From Patescibacteria group bacterium (GTDB lineage Bacteria; Patescibacteriota; Minisyncoccia; Phycocordibacterales; Zambryskibacteraceae), in the NCBI GenBank assembly GCA_004322205.1, contig SCSN01000005.1:6642-70641 (forward strand): a stretch of 64,000 nucleotides of DNA, read 5' to 3'. This document shows, in pieces, positions 52,461 through 61,668 of the stretch (positions are counted from its first letter, which is position 1; each line of letters opens with the position of its first letter). The position numbers and the translations under genes were made by a program. Below the pieces are notes generated by a model. The model did no database searches. It was given only the letters and a program-made list of their open reading frames with translations, and was not told the origin of the DNA.

Positions 52461-52907
52461 TTATCTATCATCCTCAAAGTTTCGAGACTTAAGAGACCTG
52501 AACCTCCAAATTTGAGCAACGTATAGAACCACGGTAGATATAACAGATAAGATAAATAAGCCCTTGGCAAGTAGTTGAGTGTTGGCGATTCGATCACACG
52601 GAATTGCCCAAGCACTACAATAAACAGGTGATTGAAATATCAGAAACACAGAAACAGCAACAGCCGCAGATAGTATTGTTATCCATATTTTAAAAAACAT
52701 CCCTCGCAGAAAGAACCCTACGACTATGGAAATGGCCAAAAAACGCAAGTAAATCTCCAGAGGCTCTAACACTGTTGGTCCCAACAAGTACAAAGTCAGA
52801 TTATAACCACCCACATGAGAGTAAGTAAGTAATATATAGAATAACAGAGCTATTATGAAAAATGTTAGTACAAATTTTTTTTCTTTCGTCTTAGGCATAT
52901 TAACCAT
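52461..52907 (-). CDS. 4-TM membrane protein (candidate immunity 3)
   Basis: Hydrophobic with a CxxxxxxC loop; start overlaps the end of the repeat fragment. Confidence 0.75.
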   Translation of the reverse strand: MVNMPKTKEKKFVLTFFIIALLFYILLTYSHVGGYNLTLYLLGPTVLEPLEIYLRFLAISIVVGFFLRGMFFKIWITILSAAVAVSVFLIFQSPVYCSAWAIPCDRIANTQLLAKGLFILSVISTVVLYVAQIWRFRSLKSRNFEDDR

Positions 52908-53034
52908 TATTTAAATTATCCAACAATCTATTTAACATTTCAACTAAAACCGCTTTATCCGCATCACCAATTTGAGATGGCTTTTTCTCCCGAATGGAGG
53001 AGATAAGTTTGCTGATTAGAGATTTAGCGTCTTC
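52900..53034 (-). repeat. Repeated 3'-end fragment (EDAKSLISKLISSIREKKPSQIGDADKAVLVEMLNRLLDNLNNG*)
   Basis: Closely similar to 53361-53486; no start codon or RBS of its own. Confidence 0.85.
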
Positions 53035-53050
53035 TCTTGCTTTTCGTGGC

Positions 53051-53350
53051 TTACCAAATCTGAAAATCTTGCAAGCTTTTATACGTTACAGCGACCAAAA
53101 CAACGCCTGATAAAACCAGGAAAACAGATAGGAAAAGCAAATGATATAACTCATTGGAAAGTATTTGATATTTAACGTTTAACTTCAGAATGCGAATGAC
53201 CAGTAGAAAAATCAACACAAGAAGACCAAGGGGGAGTAAGAAAAGTATCGGACCATACAACCAAGACGCTGGCTCAACGAAACCAAGCAAGATGACAAAA
53301 AAAGCTGAAGCCAATTCAAAAAAGAATAGTGCCTTGAGTATCTTATGCAT
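53051..53350 (-). CDS. 3-TM membrane protein (candidate immunity 2)
   Basis: Hydrophobic; ATG 10 nt after the stop of the repeat fragment. Confidence 0.75.
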   Translation of the reverse strand: MHKILKALFFFELASAFFVILLGFVEPASWLYGPILFLLPLGLLVLIFLLVIRILKLNVKYQILSNELYHLLFLSVFLVLSGVVLVAVTYKSLQDFQIW

Positions 53351-53360
53351 TTATTGATTT

Positions 53361-53486
53361 CTATAAATTATCTAACAATTTATAGAACATTTCAACTAAA
53401 ACTGTTTTATCCGCATCGCTAATTTGGGATGGTTTTTTCTCCCGAATGGATGAGATAAGCCGACTGATTAGAGATTTAGCATCCTC
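53361..53486 (-). repeat. Repeated 3'-end fragment (EDAKSLISRLISSIREKKPSQISDADKTVLVEMFYKLLDNL*)
   Basis: Closely similar to 52911-53034. Confidence 0.85.
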
Positions 53487-53523
53487 GTTTTTACCTTGCG
53501 TACAAAACGTACACAGATTGGAG

Positions 53524-53895
53524 TCAGGTAGACTTTGTTTTTGCAATAATTTGCCTGAGAACAATACCTAGGGTAAGAGCAACGATTAGCACCAATACAT
53601 AGAACCAAAGATGCTTAATAAAATAGGGGTCGAAGCTGATTAAATAAATGAGCGGCAGAATAAGTAAAATTCCAAGAATTACATAATCCGTCTTTTTTGC
53701 TAAATAGGAAAGAAACAACGTGCTGAAAAAAATAAACGCGGGAGCTATGCCGGAAAAATATTCAGAAGCGTCTGGTCCAATCCAACCGCCCCCACACTCA
53801 AAGTTAAGACAGAACAATTTTCCAAAAATAAGAGACGTATAATGTGAAAAGATTAATATTAAAATAACTCCTATAATTCTAATAAACGCTTCCAT
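53524..53895 (-). CDS. 4-TM membrane protein (candidate cognate immunity)
   Basis: Immediately downstream of the lipase gene; hydrophobic with CLNFEC loop. Confidence 0.75.
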   Translation of the reverse strand: MEAFIRIIGVILILIFSHYTSLIFGKLFCLNFECGGGWIGPDASEYFSGIAPAFIFFSTLFLSYLAKKTDYVILGILLILPLIYLISFDPYFIKHLWFYVLVLIVALTLGIVLRQIIAKTKST

Positions 53896-53906
53896 ATTAA
53901 TGATTA

Positions 53907-56561
53907 TCAATTATTAATTAACCATTCAATGTCTTCTTTGATTAAATTATACGCCCGCTCATTAATTTTGTCCTTTTCATAGAGTTTTAAATCCAAAATA
54001 AGGGCTTTGAGTAATTTTTTATCAATCTTTTTTCCTGATTTTGCCGAATTAACCTTTTTAATCAGGGCATCTCTGCTCTTTTTGTCTTTTATCCAGCCCA
54101 AATGATAAGACCTGTTTATATCAGATATTGTGCTATCAATCGTTGCAATAATATTAAAGTTTACCGATGATCTTGACATATTGAAGAACATATCAAAAGC
54201 CGAAGCGGAAACAAAATGTTCCCCCAATTCTTCAAAAAACAAATCAATTGAGATATTACTACTAGTCGGCTTATCATCAAAAAGTATCGTTGATGAAGCA
54301 ATCCCTGAATTATCATCAGAAATGTTTACATCAATTGATAATGTTTCTGATCTCAAGTAATCTTTGTGGGTTGGCGAATTAATAGAAACTAAAGGAGAAG
54401 TGGTGTCTTCCGGAATTGCTTTAAGAGGAACCTCCTTGTCTGAATCTATGCCTAATAAAATGTTTTGAATTAGCTGCGGCTCTGTTATTCCTAGAATATC
54501 TTCTTCAGCGGATTTCTCCCCATCAAAATATCCCATTGCTAATGTGTACTCTCCACTTCCTGTTCCCTGAACTTGAACCATATATTCGCCATCAAGCGGA
54601 TTTGGTATTGAAACAAATTCACTGTCGGTGAGAAAGCCAGAATAAAAGGCGCCTAGAACTTCATTAATTTCCTGCCCTGTTGTGAAGTCTTTGCCGACTT
54701 TTTTGCCGTCCGGTGCAATTACCAAAATATCTGCCGGGGAGAGAACCTTTATAATAATTGATTTGAAGTTCGGCACGTTTGGATTGTCAATAATAATTGT
54801 GGCATTTCGACCGGTGAGTCTATTGAATACTAAATCACTGAACTGTTCTGGCAATCTCGAATGTTTTACATCTCTTAGTACAACATCTAATACTGGCATG
54901 CTGTCGGAACTTACTATTGGTACAGTTTTATCACCTTGGACTCTCTCCAACCCATTGTCAGAAGAATTAGAGTCTTTAAATCCATCGGGGTACCCGTCTT
55001 CCCACATTGGAGAAGTGCTAGCCGCAACAACTCTTATTGTGCCAATTGTATCTGCTCCCGTATTTCCGATAAAATTGGAAATTTTTACACCAGAATTTAG
55101 CAAAGAATTGGTATTTGCCGAAAGCGCTTCGAGGAAATTATTTATTGGATATCCAAGAGGATAATTCCTTAACTGATTTGAACTCTTATCCTTCAAATAA
55201 TCGTAAATTGGTAATAATTCTTGGATAGATACGACTGGCTTATTTCTTACATAATCAAAAATAGATTGATAATTACTTTTCTGCGCTTCCCTAAGAAAAA
55301 AGAACTTTTTTACACTATCAAAAACATCTCTTATATCAATTTCTCCCCCTTCCCATGTTAAGTAGGCCTCGGGGGCCCCTAAGTGCGGGGTGCCGAGAAA
55401 TATCAATTGGCCAACATCTCCTTGATACTTGCTTGACTGAATATACTCGCGCGCGATCAGACCACCCATTGAATGCGCAACTAAGTCAACCTTTGCGCAC
55501 TGGCAGGTATTTTTTACTTCGTCAATTTTAAAACGAAGATTAATGGCATTAACCACATTAGACAATCTCCAGTCGTAGGGAAACGTAAAGAGATTTTGAT
55601 CATTGGCATAACCATTTGCCTTCAAAGTGTCGAGAAGGTCGTCGTATGTATGTAAAACAGGATCGATGACCCACGCCCCGCTCTTTAGCTGTGAACCAAG
55701 AAGGCCGGGGATGATAATCACAGGATCTAATTTAGTTTGTTGCCCCGGGGGTGCGCCGAGCCAAGGGATAAAATCTATTCTTTCCGAAATTGGTTGTCCG
55801 AGACCGTTAGGATTAACAATGGGATTACTTGGACCCGTAGGATCACCCCACCAACTGAACCTTGCATCGGCTTGAGTGGCGCCGGAGTTATTGTAGGCAA
55901 CAACGTTCCGCTCAAAAGAAGAATGGGTCGCGCTTGAACTACCCACCTCAATAAAAATCCCTGCGTCGTTGTCAGTAAAAGTAGAACCAGTGATATCTAT
56001 ACTCCCGGTGTTCTCTCTCACGGCAGCAAAACCGTTAAAGGAAAACGTGCTTGTACTCACAGTCACTAAACCGCCTTCATTGAAAAGGGCGCCCAATTCG
56101 CTGACAAAGATATTTGGAGTGATACCTCCTCCATATTCGAACACGAGATTATTCAGAACACCTTGAGAGCCTGAATAAAATCGAACTCCATGAAAATCGT
56201 TTTTCTGTGGGAAAGTCGCGCTTCCGTCCCCGTTCGAATCCCCTCCAACCGAGTCATCCCTTACAGAAGTAAAGTGAACTGGTTCCGCCGCCGTGCCATT
56301 AACAACAAGTTGGCCGAAAACATGTATTCTGCCATTGTCTGTAACACCGCGCCCAAATTTCACAACTGTGCCCGGATCAATAGTTAGAGTTGCACCGGGA
56401 AAAATCGAAAAAAATATATCACCCAGAATCAAATACGGGTCATTTGTCTTTGTCCAGGTCGTATCAACTGTTATATCTTGCTGAACTAGAGTGGCGGCTA
56501 GAGTGTTTCTAGCTGCGAGAAGTGCCAACAACACAAAGCCGACAAGAAAAACTCTTTTCAC
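53907..56561 (-). CDS. Secreted multidomain lipase/acyltransferase (beta-helix repeats + PGAP1/LCAT-like hydrolase + Ig-like + helical C-terminus)
   Basis: Signal peptide; ATLTIDPGTVVKF beta-helix; PVIIIPGLLGS, FPYDWR, VAHSMGG, LGTPHLGA, GDKTV, KHSRL. Confidence 0.85.
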   Translation of the reverse strand: MKRVFLVGFVLLALLAARNTLAATLVQQDITVDTTWTKTNDPYLILGDIFFSIFPGATLTIDPGTVVKFGRGVTDNGRIHVFGQLVVNGTAAEPVHFTSVRDDSVGGDSNGDGSATFPQKNDFHGVRFYSGSQGVLNNLVFEYGGGITPNIFVSELGALFNEGGLVTVSTSTFSFNGFAAVRENTGSIDITGSTFTDNDAGIFIEVGSSSATHSSFERNVVAYNNSGATQADARFSWWGDPTGPSNPIVNPNGLGQPISERIDFIPWLGAPPGQQTKLDPVIIIPGLLGSQLKSGAWVIDPVLHTYDDLLDTLKANGYANDQNLFTFPYDWRLSNVVNAINLRFKIDEVKNTCQCAKVDLVAHSMGGLIAREYIQSSKYQGDVGQLIFLGTPHLGAPEAYLTWEGGEIDIRDVFDSVKKFFFLREAQKSNYQSIFDYVRNKPVVSIQELLPIYDYLKDKSSNQLRNYPLGYPINNFLEALSANTNSLLNSGVKISNFIGNTGADTIGTIRVVAASTSPMWEDGYPDGFKDSNSSDNGLERVQGDKTVPIVSSDSMPVLDVVLRDVKHSRLPEQFSDLVFNRLTGRNATIIIDNPNVPNFKSIIIKVLSPADILVIAPDGKKVGKDFTTGQEINEVLGAFYSGFLTDSEFVSIPNPLDGEYMVQVQGTGSGEYTLAMGYFDGEKSAEEDILGITEPQLIQNILLGIDSDKEVPLKAIPEDTTSPLVSINSPTHKDYLRSETLSIDVNISDDNSGIASSTILFDDKPTSSNISIDLFFEELGEHFVSASAFDMFFNMSRSSVNFNIIATIDSTISDINRSYHLGWIKDKKSRDALIKKVNSAKSGKKIDKKLLKALILDLKLYEKDKINERAYNLIKEDIEWLINN

Positions 56562-56563
56562 GA

Positions 56564-57916
56564 TTAGCGAAAAATACTTTTAAAGAATGCAATGATTTTG
56601 CTCCAAAATCCTTTCGGCCGCTCAACCACATAGACATTCGCCGCCGCCGCGGTTTGGTCTTCTTGCGGCTCGACTTCAGACAGCTGGGGAGCTTGGCTTA
56701 CAAGTTCCGCATTGTCGCTATCCTTCTTCGCAGTCTTCTGCTTGCTGTCCGCTGCCAGCTCTTGCCGAACACTGTCTTCTTCTTTCACCTTGGGTTCTGC
56801 CGCTTGCGTCACACGGTATGCGTATTCTGCTCCAAGGGGGTAAAAAATTTTAACAACCGACCCCGGGACGAGCGCAAAACCAGTCACTTCAGAGCCGAGA
56901 GTGAGTTTTCCTTTCCCAACAAGAATAGTATCTCGCGGAAAAACAAACGTTTTACCATCTGCCAAAAGTTTCCACTCCTGCAAGTTGATTTCGTGGCTGG
57001 AGAGATTGCGAATTTCAAGCAACCCGCTGGACAGAACCGAAACAGCAAGTTCCGGCTCTACCACTTTAATATTCACCCGATCGGTTGCTCGTTCATCGCC
57101 GTTTGAGACATTCAAGACCGCCACATAATCGCCCGGGTAGCGATAGTTGTAGCTGACTTCCTGACCGTATTTTATTGACCCGTCACCGAGCGACCAGGTA
57201 AATACACCGCCGCGGGTTCTCTGCGAACTTTTAATTTCCCCCCGAAGAATGACGACACTGCCCACCGCTGTTAGCCGATCCTTGCCGGCATCGACAACAA
57301 AGGAATCTGTCTGCTCTGATTCAGACGTGGCGGCCTGCGAAGTTTGAGTTTGAGATGAAGAGTCAGATGAACTCGACGAGGTCTGCGTCTGGCCTGAACC
57401 GGAAGAGCTCTGTGTGCCGCCAGCCGATGCACCTGCGCTGGCGCCCTGCCCCGGGGTTGGAGTTCCTGCTGTCAAATTTCCTCCCGAGCGGTGAAGCGAG
57501 TTGCCGTCTCCGGCCGCTCCGAGCGATGAAGAATACGAAATTGTATCCCGATCTGTGCCCGCCTCATCCCGAAGGACAAGTGTCTCGCCGGTATTTCCGA
57601 GGCTAAAAGAGCTGTCAAACAAAATCCCGGAGAAGTTTGGCCAATCGAGGAGAAACTTGGCGCTGTTATCAGCTATCACCGCATACTCACCGGCGCCAAG
57701 TGTTGCATTCCCCTGAACAATATTAAGAGTATGATTGGTATTTCCCTCAAAAAATCTCCATTGCGAGAGATCGACAGCGGAAGAGCCTTGGTTTTGAACT
57801 TCAACCCATTCGCGGTCGGTGTCGGTGCCGGAGAGATCGTACATAATCTCGGAAATGACAACCTGCGCAGAGAGGGGGAGCGGAAGAAGAAAGAGAACGG
57901 GCAGAAGTTTTTTCAT
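56564..57916 (-). CDS. Secreted lamin-tail-domain (LTD) + PKD protein
   Basis: Signal peptide; VVISEIMYD..GTD..REWVEVQN, LGNTGETLVL, TPTPG; WSLGDG..YRYPGDY. Confidence 0.85.
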   Translation of the reverse strand: MKKLLPVLFLLPLPLSAQVVISEIMYDLSGTDTDREWVEVQNQGSSAVDLSQWRFFEGNTNHTLNIVQGNATLGAGEYAVIADNSAKFLLDWPNFSGILFDSSFSLGNTGETLVLRDEAGTDRDTISYSSSLGAAGDGNSLHRSGGNLTAGTPTPGQGASAGASAGGTQSSSGSGQTQTSSSSSDSSSQTQTSQAATSESEQTDSFVVDAGKDRLTAVGSVVILRGEIKSSQRTRGGVFTWSLGDGSIKYGQEVSYNYRYPGDYVAVLNVSNGDERATDRVNIKVVEPELAVSVLSSGLLEIRNLSSHEINLQEWKLLADGKTFVFPRDTILVGKGKLTLGSEVTGFALVPGSVVKIFYPLGAEYAYRVTQAAEPKVKEEDSVRQELAADSKQKTAKKDSDNAELVSQAPQLSEVEPQEDQTAAAANVYVVERPKGFWSKIIAFFKSIFR

Positions 57917-57922
57917 ATCCGG

Positions 57923-58093
57923 CTATTGATTCGTTGTGCCTTGACGAGCCTCAACGTATGAGCTTTCAGGCGGAAGGATTTGATTCTTCTGGCCGGCATA
58001 TTTGGTTAGGAGAAGAATAATGAGACTGACGGCGAGAATGGCAAGAAAACCAAAGAGGAACTTGAAAAATGTCTTGTCAAAATAGCGAAGCAT
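57923..58093 (-). CDS. 56-aa single-TM protein
   Basis: Not in ORF track. MLRYFDKTFFKFLFGFLAILAVSLIILLL...; TAGGAT -10 box 6 nt upstream; heads the LTD-lipase operon. Confidence 0.65.
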   Translation of the reverse strand: MLRYFDKTFFKFLFGFLAILAVSLIILLLTKYAGQKNQILPPESSYVEARQGTTNQ

Positions 58094-58122
58094 AAAGCCA
58101 TCCTAGCATTTTTTGCGCAAAA

Positions 58123-58151
58123 CGAAAACCCCCGCAATGCGGGGGTTTTCG
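58123..58151 (-). terminator. Terminator after the S-layer-like gene
   Basis: CGAAAACCCCCGCA-A-TGCGGGGGTTTTCG. Confidence 0.75.
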
Positions 58152-58190
58152 CAACCAGCTAGCTTACGCTAGCTCGAGAGTCTGCTTGCT

Positions 58191-60155
58191 TTACGGCAAG
58201 GTAACTCCTGCTGTTCTCCAGCTTGACTTACCCGCCATGAAGTTCGATGTTGACGAACCTGCCGGGCCAACCCATCGGATTGATTCAAGACCAACCGTAT
58301 AGGATCCCGTCGGGAAGAGAGCACCGGAAACATGACGGCCTTCAACTGTGAAGGATACCGGCAAGTCAATCGAGTTGCCTTCTGACAGAGTCCATGATTC
58401 GGTCAGACCGGCTGTCACCACACCTGAAGCAGGTGTCGTGTAGTCAGTCGAGGAAGCAGCAAGCGATGATGTCGCAACGCTGTTTTGGTAGAGATCAAAG
58501 CGTCCGCTGCCGCCATTGGCACTAATGGTTGTAGTACCAACCAATGGGCTTGTAGAAGCCACCGTACCGAACATAACATCTGCACCGACTGCCTTAATGC
58601 GAAGCGTAAATGTCGCTTTGGCAGTTGAGGTTGAGACATTATTCTGCGATGCAGTTGCACTCTTCTCAATTGTCTTAGAAAGAAGAGTGAATTCAGCGCC
58701 AGTATTTCTGACAGTAACTCGCTCTCCCGTCGTTGATCCCGTTTTGGTGATCGTGCCACCGGTTGAGCTCTCGGCGGTAATACCAGTACTTGATGCCCAG
58801 ATTTCAAAGATAGCCGGGTTGCCTTGAGCATCGCGGATATCTAGTTTGACTGTCAGTGGCTTTGTCGTGTCTTTAGGAACGACGTAGTCAATGTCATCGA
58901 AGAGAGCATCCATTCCTCCGGCAACTGCCGAGGAAGAAATAGCTGCGCTTCCGACAAGAGTGCTACCATCGTAGAGATAGGCAGTGGTGGCTGTTGCTGT
59001 CGAGGCCCCGACTGTCACGCTCTTAAGCACTTGGACATGCATATCTACAATCTTGATGCTGTCCTTTTCCGCCTTGAGGTCGAAAATGGCAGCGTCCATT
59101 TTGTCATACTCGTCTTCAGTAGTACCCTGGCTTGCAACTACTTCACGAATCACTGGACTTGCGCTGTTCAGAGAAATAATCAGGTTTGCGCTGTCCGTAA
59201 GTGAAGCGGCGGTCGTCACGTCATTGCTGAATGCTGTGCTTGGGCTCTTCTGGTCAATGTTGGCGCCGTCAAGAGCTCGAACGCCGTCAACGGGCAGAGT
59301 CAGAGTCCAGGTGTGCTGATCAGCGGCCTTGATTGTAGCCATCATATCCATAGCAACAGTCAGGATCCTCTTCGTGTTCTTAGGTACTATCCAGCTGAAG
59401 CCGGTAATCTGAACGAAGTAATTTGAGCCCTCTTTGAAGACGGTGCTCGAATTAAGGTCAGATTGGGCTACAACTGTTGAACCATCCATAAGATAAACTC
59501 TTGAGAATATCTTAGTGTAGGTAGTCGTGGTAGTACCAATGTTGAGCTTGACTCTCTGGACCGCAAGGTCTGAGTTCTTAGCTTCAATCTCTAGACCCAA
59601 GACTGCTACCTTTGTTTCACCCTCGCGAATGGTTATGCCAGAGCTTGGAGAAGGATTCTTACTTACGGTAAGAGTACCTTCAATTCCAGGCGTGGTGATT
59701 CCCGCTGGCGGAGTGGTCGGAGTCGTGGGTGTCGTTGGGGTCGGACCTGCCATCGAGCTGTATTTTGCTCGAGAGATGGAACCGAAGTACCCCGCGGCCG
59801 GAGAAACTCCATTTGCCGCCTGCCAAGCTGCAACTGCTGCCTTGGTTATGCTTCCAAAGTAACCAGTTGCTCCGCCGGAAAAGGTGAAGTGCCCAGTACC
59901 CGTCAGATAATTCTGAAGGCAGGTTACGTCAGCCCCGCGTGAACCCATGGTGAGGTCACCCGTGAATGAACATGAACCAGCACTCCCACCGCCCGTAACA
60001 AGTCCTTGAAGGAGGGTGGCTTGTGAGCCAGTCAACCCAAGAACTTGGATGATGGCATTTACTTCGGCTTGAGTAAGTGCCTTTGCTGGGGTAGCGCCAC
60101 CGACGAGAGCCAAAGCTAACGCCAGTGCCGCAAAACCCATAATAAATCTACTCAT
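58191..60155 (-). CDS. Surface/S-layer-like protein with a peptidoglycan-binding domain
   Basis: Signal peptide; DLTMGSRGADVTCLQ..TGYFGSITKAAV..WQ; PT linker; Thr/Ser-rich beta repeats. Confidence 0.8.
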   Translation of the reverse strand: MSRFIMGFAALALALALVGGATPAKALTQAEVNAIIQVLGLTGSQATLLQGLVTGGGSAGSCSFTGDLTMGSRGADVTCLQNYLTGTGHFTFSGGATGYFGSITKAAVAAWQAANGVSPAAGYFGSISRAKYSSMAGPTPTTPTTPTTPPAGITTPGIEGTLTVSKNPSPSSGITIREGETKVAVLGLEIEAKNSDLAVQRVKLNIGTTTTTYTKIFSRVYLMDGSTVVAQSDLNSSTVFKEGSNYFVQITGFSWIVPKNTKRILTVAMDMMATIKAADQHTWTLTLPVDGVRALDGANIDQKSPSTAFSNDVTTAASLTDSANLIISLNSASPVIREVVASQGTTEDEYDKMDAAIFDLKAEKDSIKIVDMHVQVLKSVTVGASTATATTAYLYDGSTLVGSAAISSSAVAGGMDALFDDIDYVVPKDTTKPLTVKLDIRDAQGNPAIFEIWASSTGITAESSTGGTITKTGSTTGERVTVRNTGAEFTLLSKTIEKSATASQNNVSTSTAKATFTLRIKAVGADVMFGTVASTSPLVGTTTISANGGSGRFDLYQNSVATSSLAASSTDYTTPASGVVTAGLTESWTLSEGNSIDLPVSFTVEGRHVSGALFPTGSYTVGLESIRWVGPAGSSTSNFMAGKSSWRTAGVTLP

Positions 60156-60467
60156 AATTAATTCTAATTTGATGCGATCTTCTCCACCTTACTAATAAAG
60201 ATTGTGGAGAAGATCGCCCCGCGCTTTTCCGCGCGGTTGTGTTTTTCTTCTAATAACTACTGCTAATCTCAACTCTCCGTCTCATTTCCCGCACCGCAGA
60301 CACGGGGCAGGCTTTCGACACTCGACGAAGAGAGTTGGCAATGTTGGTCTGAATGCTTTCGTGCAGTCGAGGCGGTACAAAGACATCAGTAACATACCTT
60401 TCTGTACTCATAAGAGACGAAGGGCAGGAAACTTTCTTACGCCATGCGGGCACATTCGGCGTGTCAT

Positions 60468-60496
60468 TATTATAGTATGCCGCAAATGGCCTGCAA
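60468..60496 (-). promoter_or_regulatory. Probable promoter of the S-layer-like gene (~300-nt leader)
   Basis: TTGCAG-17 nt-TATAAT. Confidence 0.5.
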
Positions 60497-60602
60497 AATA
60501 AGGCTATGTGGATAACTCTCTACTAAAAGAGGAGTTTGTGTCATTTCTCTATTTATAGAGAGTTGAAATGCTACCAAAAAGAATAAAAAAGTCAAAAAAG
60601 GC

Positions 60603-61487
60603 TCAAGAAAGGCTATATCGAGTCCAACGGCGCTCTCCCCTTTTTTTAATAATTCCCTCCGAAACCAAGGAAAGAAGCTCTCTCTGAAGAGTTTTTTCAC
60701 TGCAGTTTTTTACGAGCTCGCTCACATCTTTAACCGTAACCTCCTTTTTTCTCTTAAGAAGGCTGACAATGGCGCTTCTGCGCGCATTTCTCTTTATTGT
60801 TATGGCGCCCAAATTTGTGAGTGCCTGTCCCCGCGCGGCTATTTTAGCCTGCGACTCGCGGTCGCTAGCCTCTGGCACCGCAGGTCGTTCTAAAGGACTT
60901 TTTAAAAATGTCCTTGAAGATCCGTCTGTAAATTGACTTGCGGTTTCCTCTCTTTCTAATGTAGCGCTTGCCGCCTCAAGTTGAGGTGACAGGCGAAAGA
61001 AATCATCTCGGATCAAAGAACGCGAGAACTCGGGCTTCCGAGACGAGCTTGCCAGCCGGAATCGCTCCTCCAAATGGCTTAAGAGAGCCAGTAATTCACG
61101 AGTTAAAATCTCTGCGCTCTCGACAGAGAACAAACCAGAAGTTTTGCCGACTTCCAGAAGCGAGATGAGTTCAGAAACCGTCGGCTGGATACCTTCTTCA
61201 TAGGCGGAGCTTCCGCCCGGCAGACTGTGAAGAAACCCGATACAAAAGGACAAAAGCCGAGAGGAAAGCGAGCGGAAAATCCATTTCATGGGCTCACTGT
61301 CGGCAAAAAAATTTGTCAGGAGATAGAACGCTTCAGTTATTCTCTCCGTCTTTTTCAAAATGAAAAAGACGTTTTTGTCTTTTAGATATGGGAATGAAAT
61401 CAAGTGATTCTCTTGTGTAGCAACAGATTTCTTGTCGTTCTGTCTCTGACCAGATTGGTCTTTGTCCTTTTTAACTTCATCCCCCAT
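60603..61487 (-). CDS. Regulator-like protein: helical N-domain plus C-terminal DeoR-like wHTH
   Basis: RRSAIVSLLK..EVTVKDV....SEKTLQRELLSLV.EG...GERRWTRY. Confidence 0.75.
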   Translation of the reverse strand: MGDEVKKDKDQSGQRQNDKKSVATQENHLISFPYLKDKNVFFILKKTERITEAFYLLTNFFADSEPMKWIFRSLSSRLLSFCIGFLHSLPGGSSAYEEGIQPTVSELISLLEVGKTSGLFSVESAEILTRELLALLSHLEERFRLASSSRKPEFSRSLIRDDFFRLSPQLEAASATLEREETASQFTDGSSRTFLKSPLERPAVPEASDRESQAKIAARGQALTNLGAITIKRNARRSAIVSLLKRKKEVTVKDVSELVKNCSEKTLQRELLSLVSEGIIKKRGERRWTRYSLS

Positions 61488-61668
61488 AATTTTGTCCTTT
61501 TAAAGGACGAATAGATTTTTGTCTTTTATGGTCTGTGTGTAGGTCATACTAGCACTGTCCTTTATTGTCTGCAACTAACAAATCGGGAGCGAGATATACT
61601 CTCAAATGAAGGTAAGGGACAAATGCAAAAGGACAATGATCAGTCGGCATAAACCTCATATGATATGA

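Noticed and set aside
52225-53486. CRISPR array or integron attC interpretation of the repeats between TM genes
   Set aside because: The repeats are 45-130 bp, non-palindromic and conserved as a reading frame, the spacers are whole genes, and no cas or intI gene is present.
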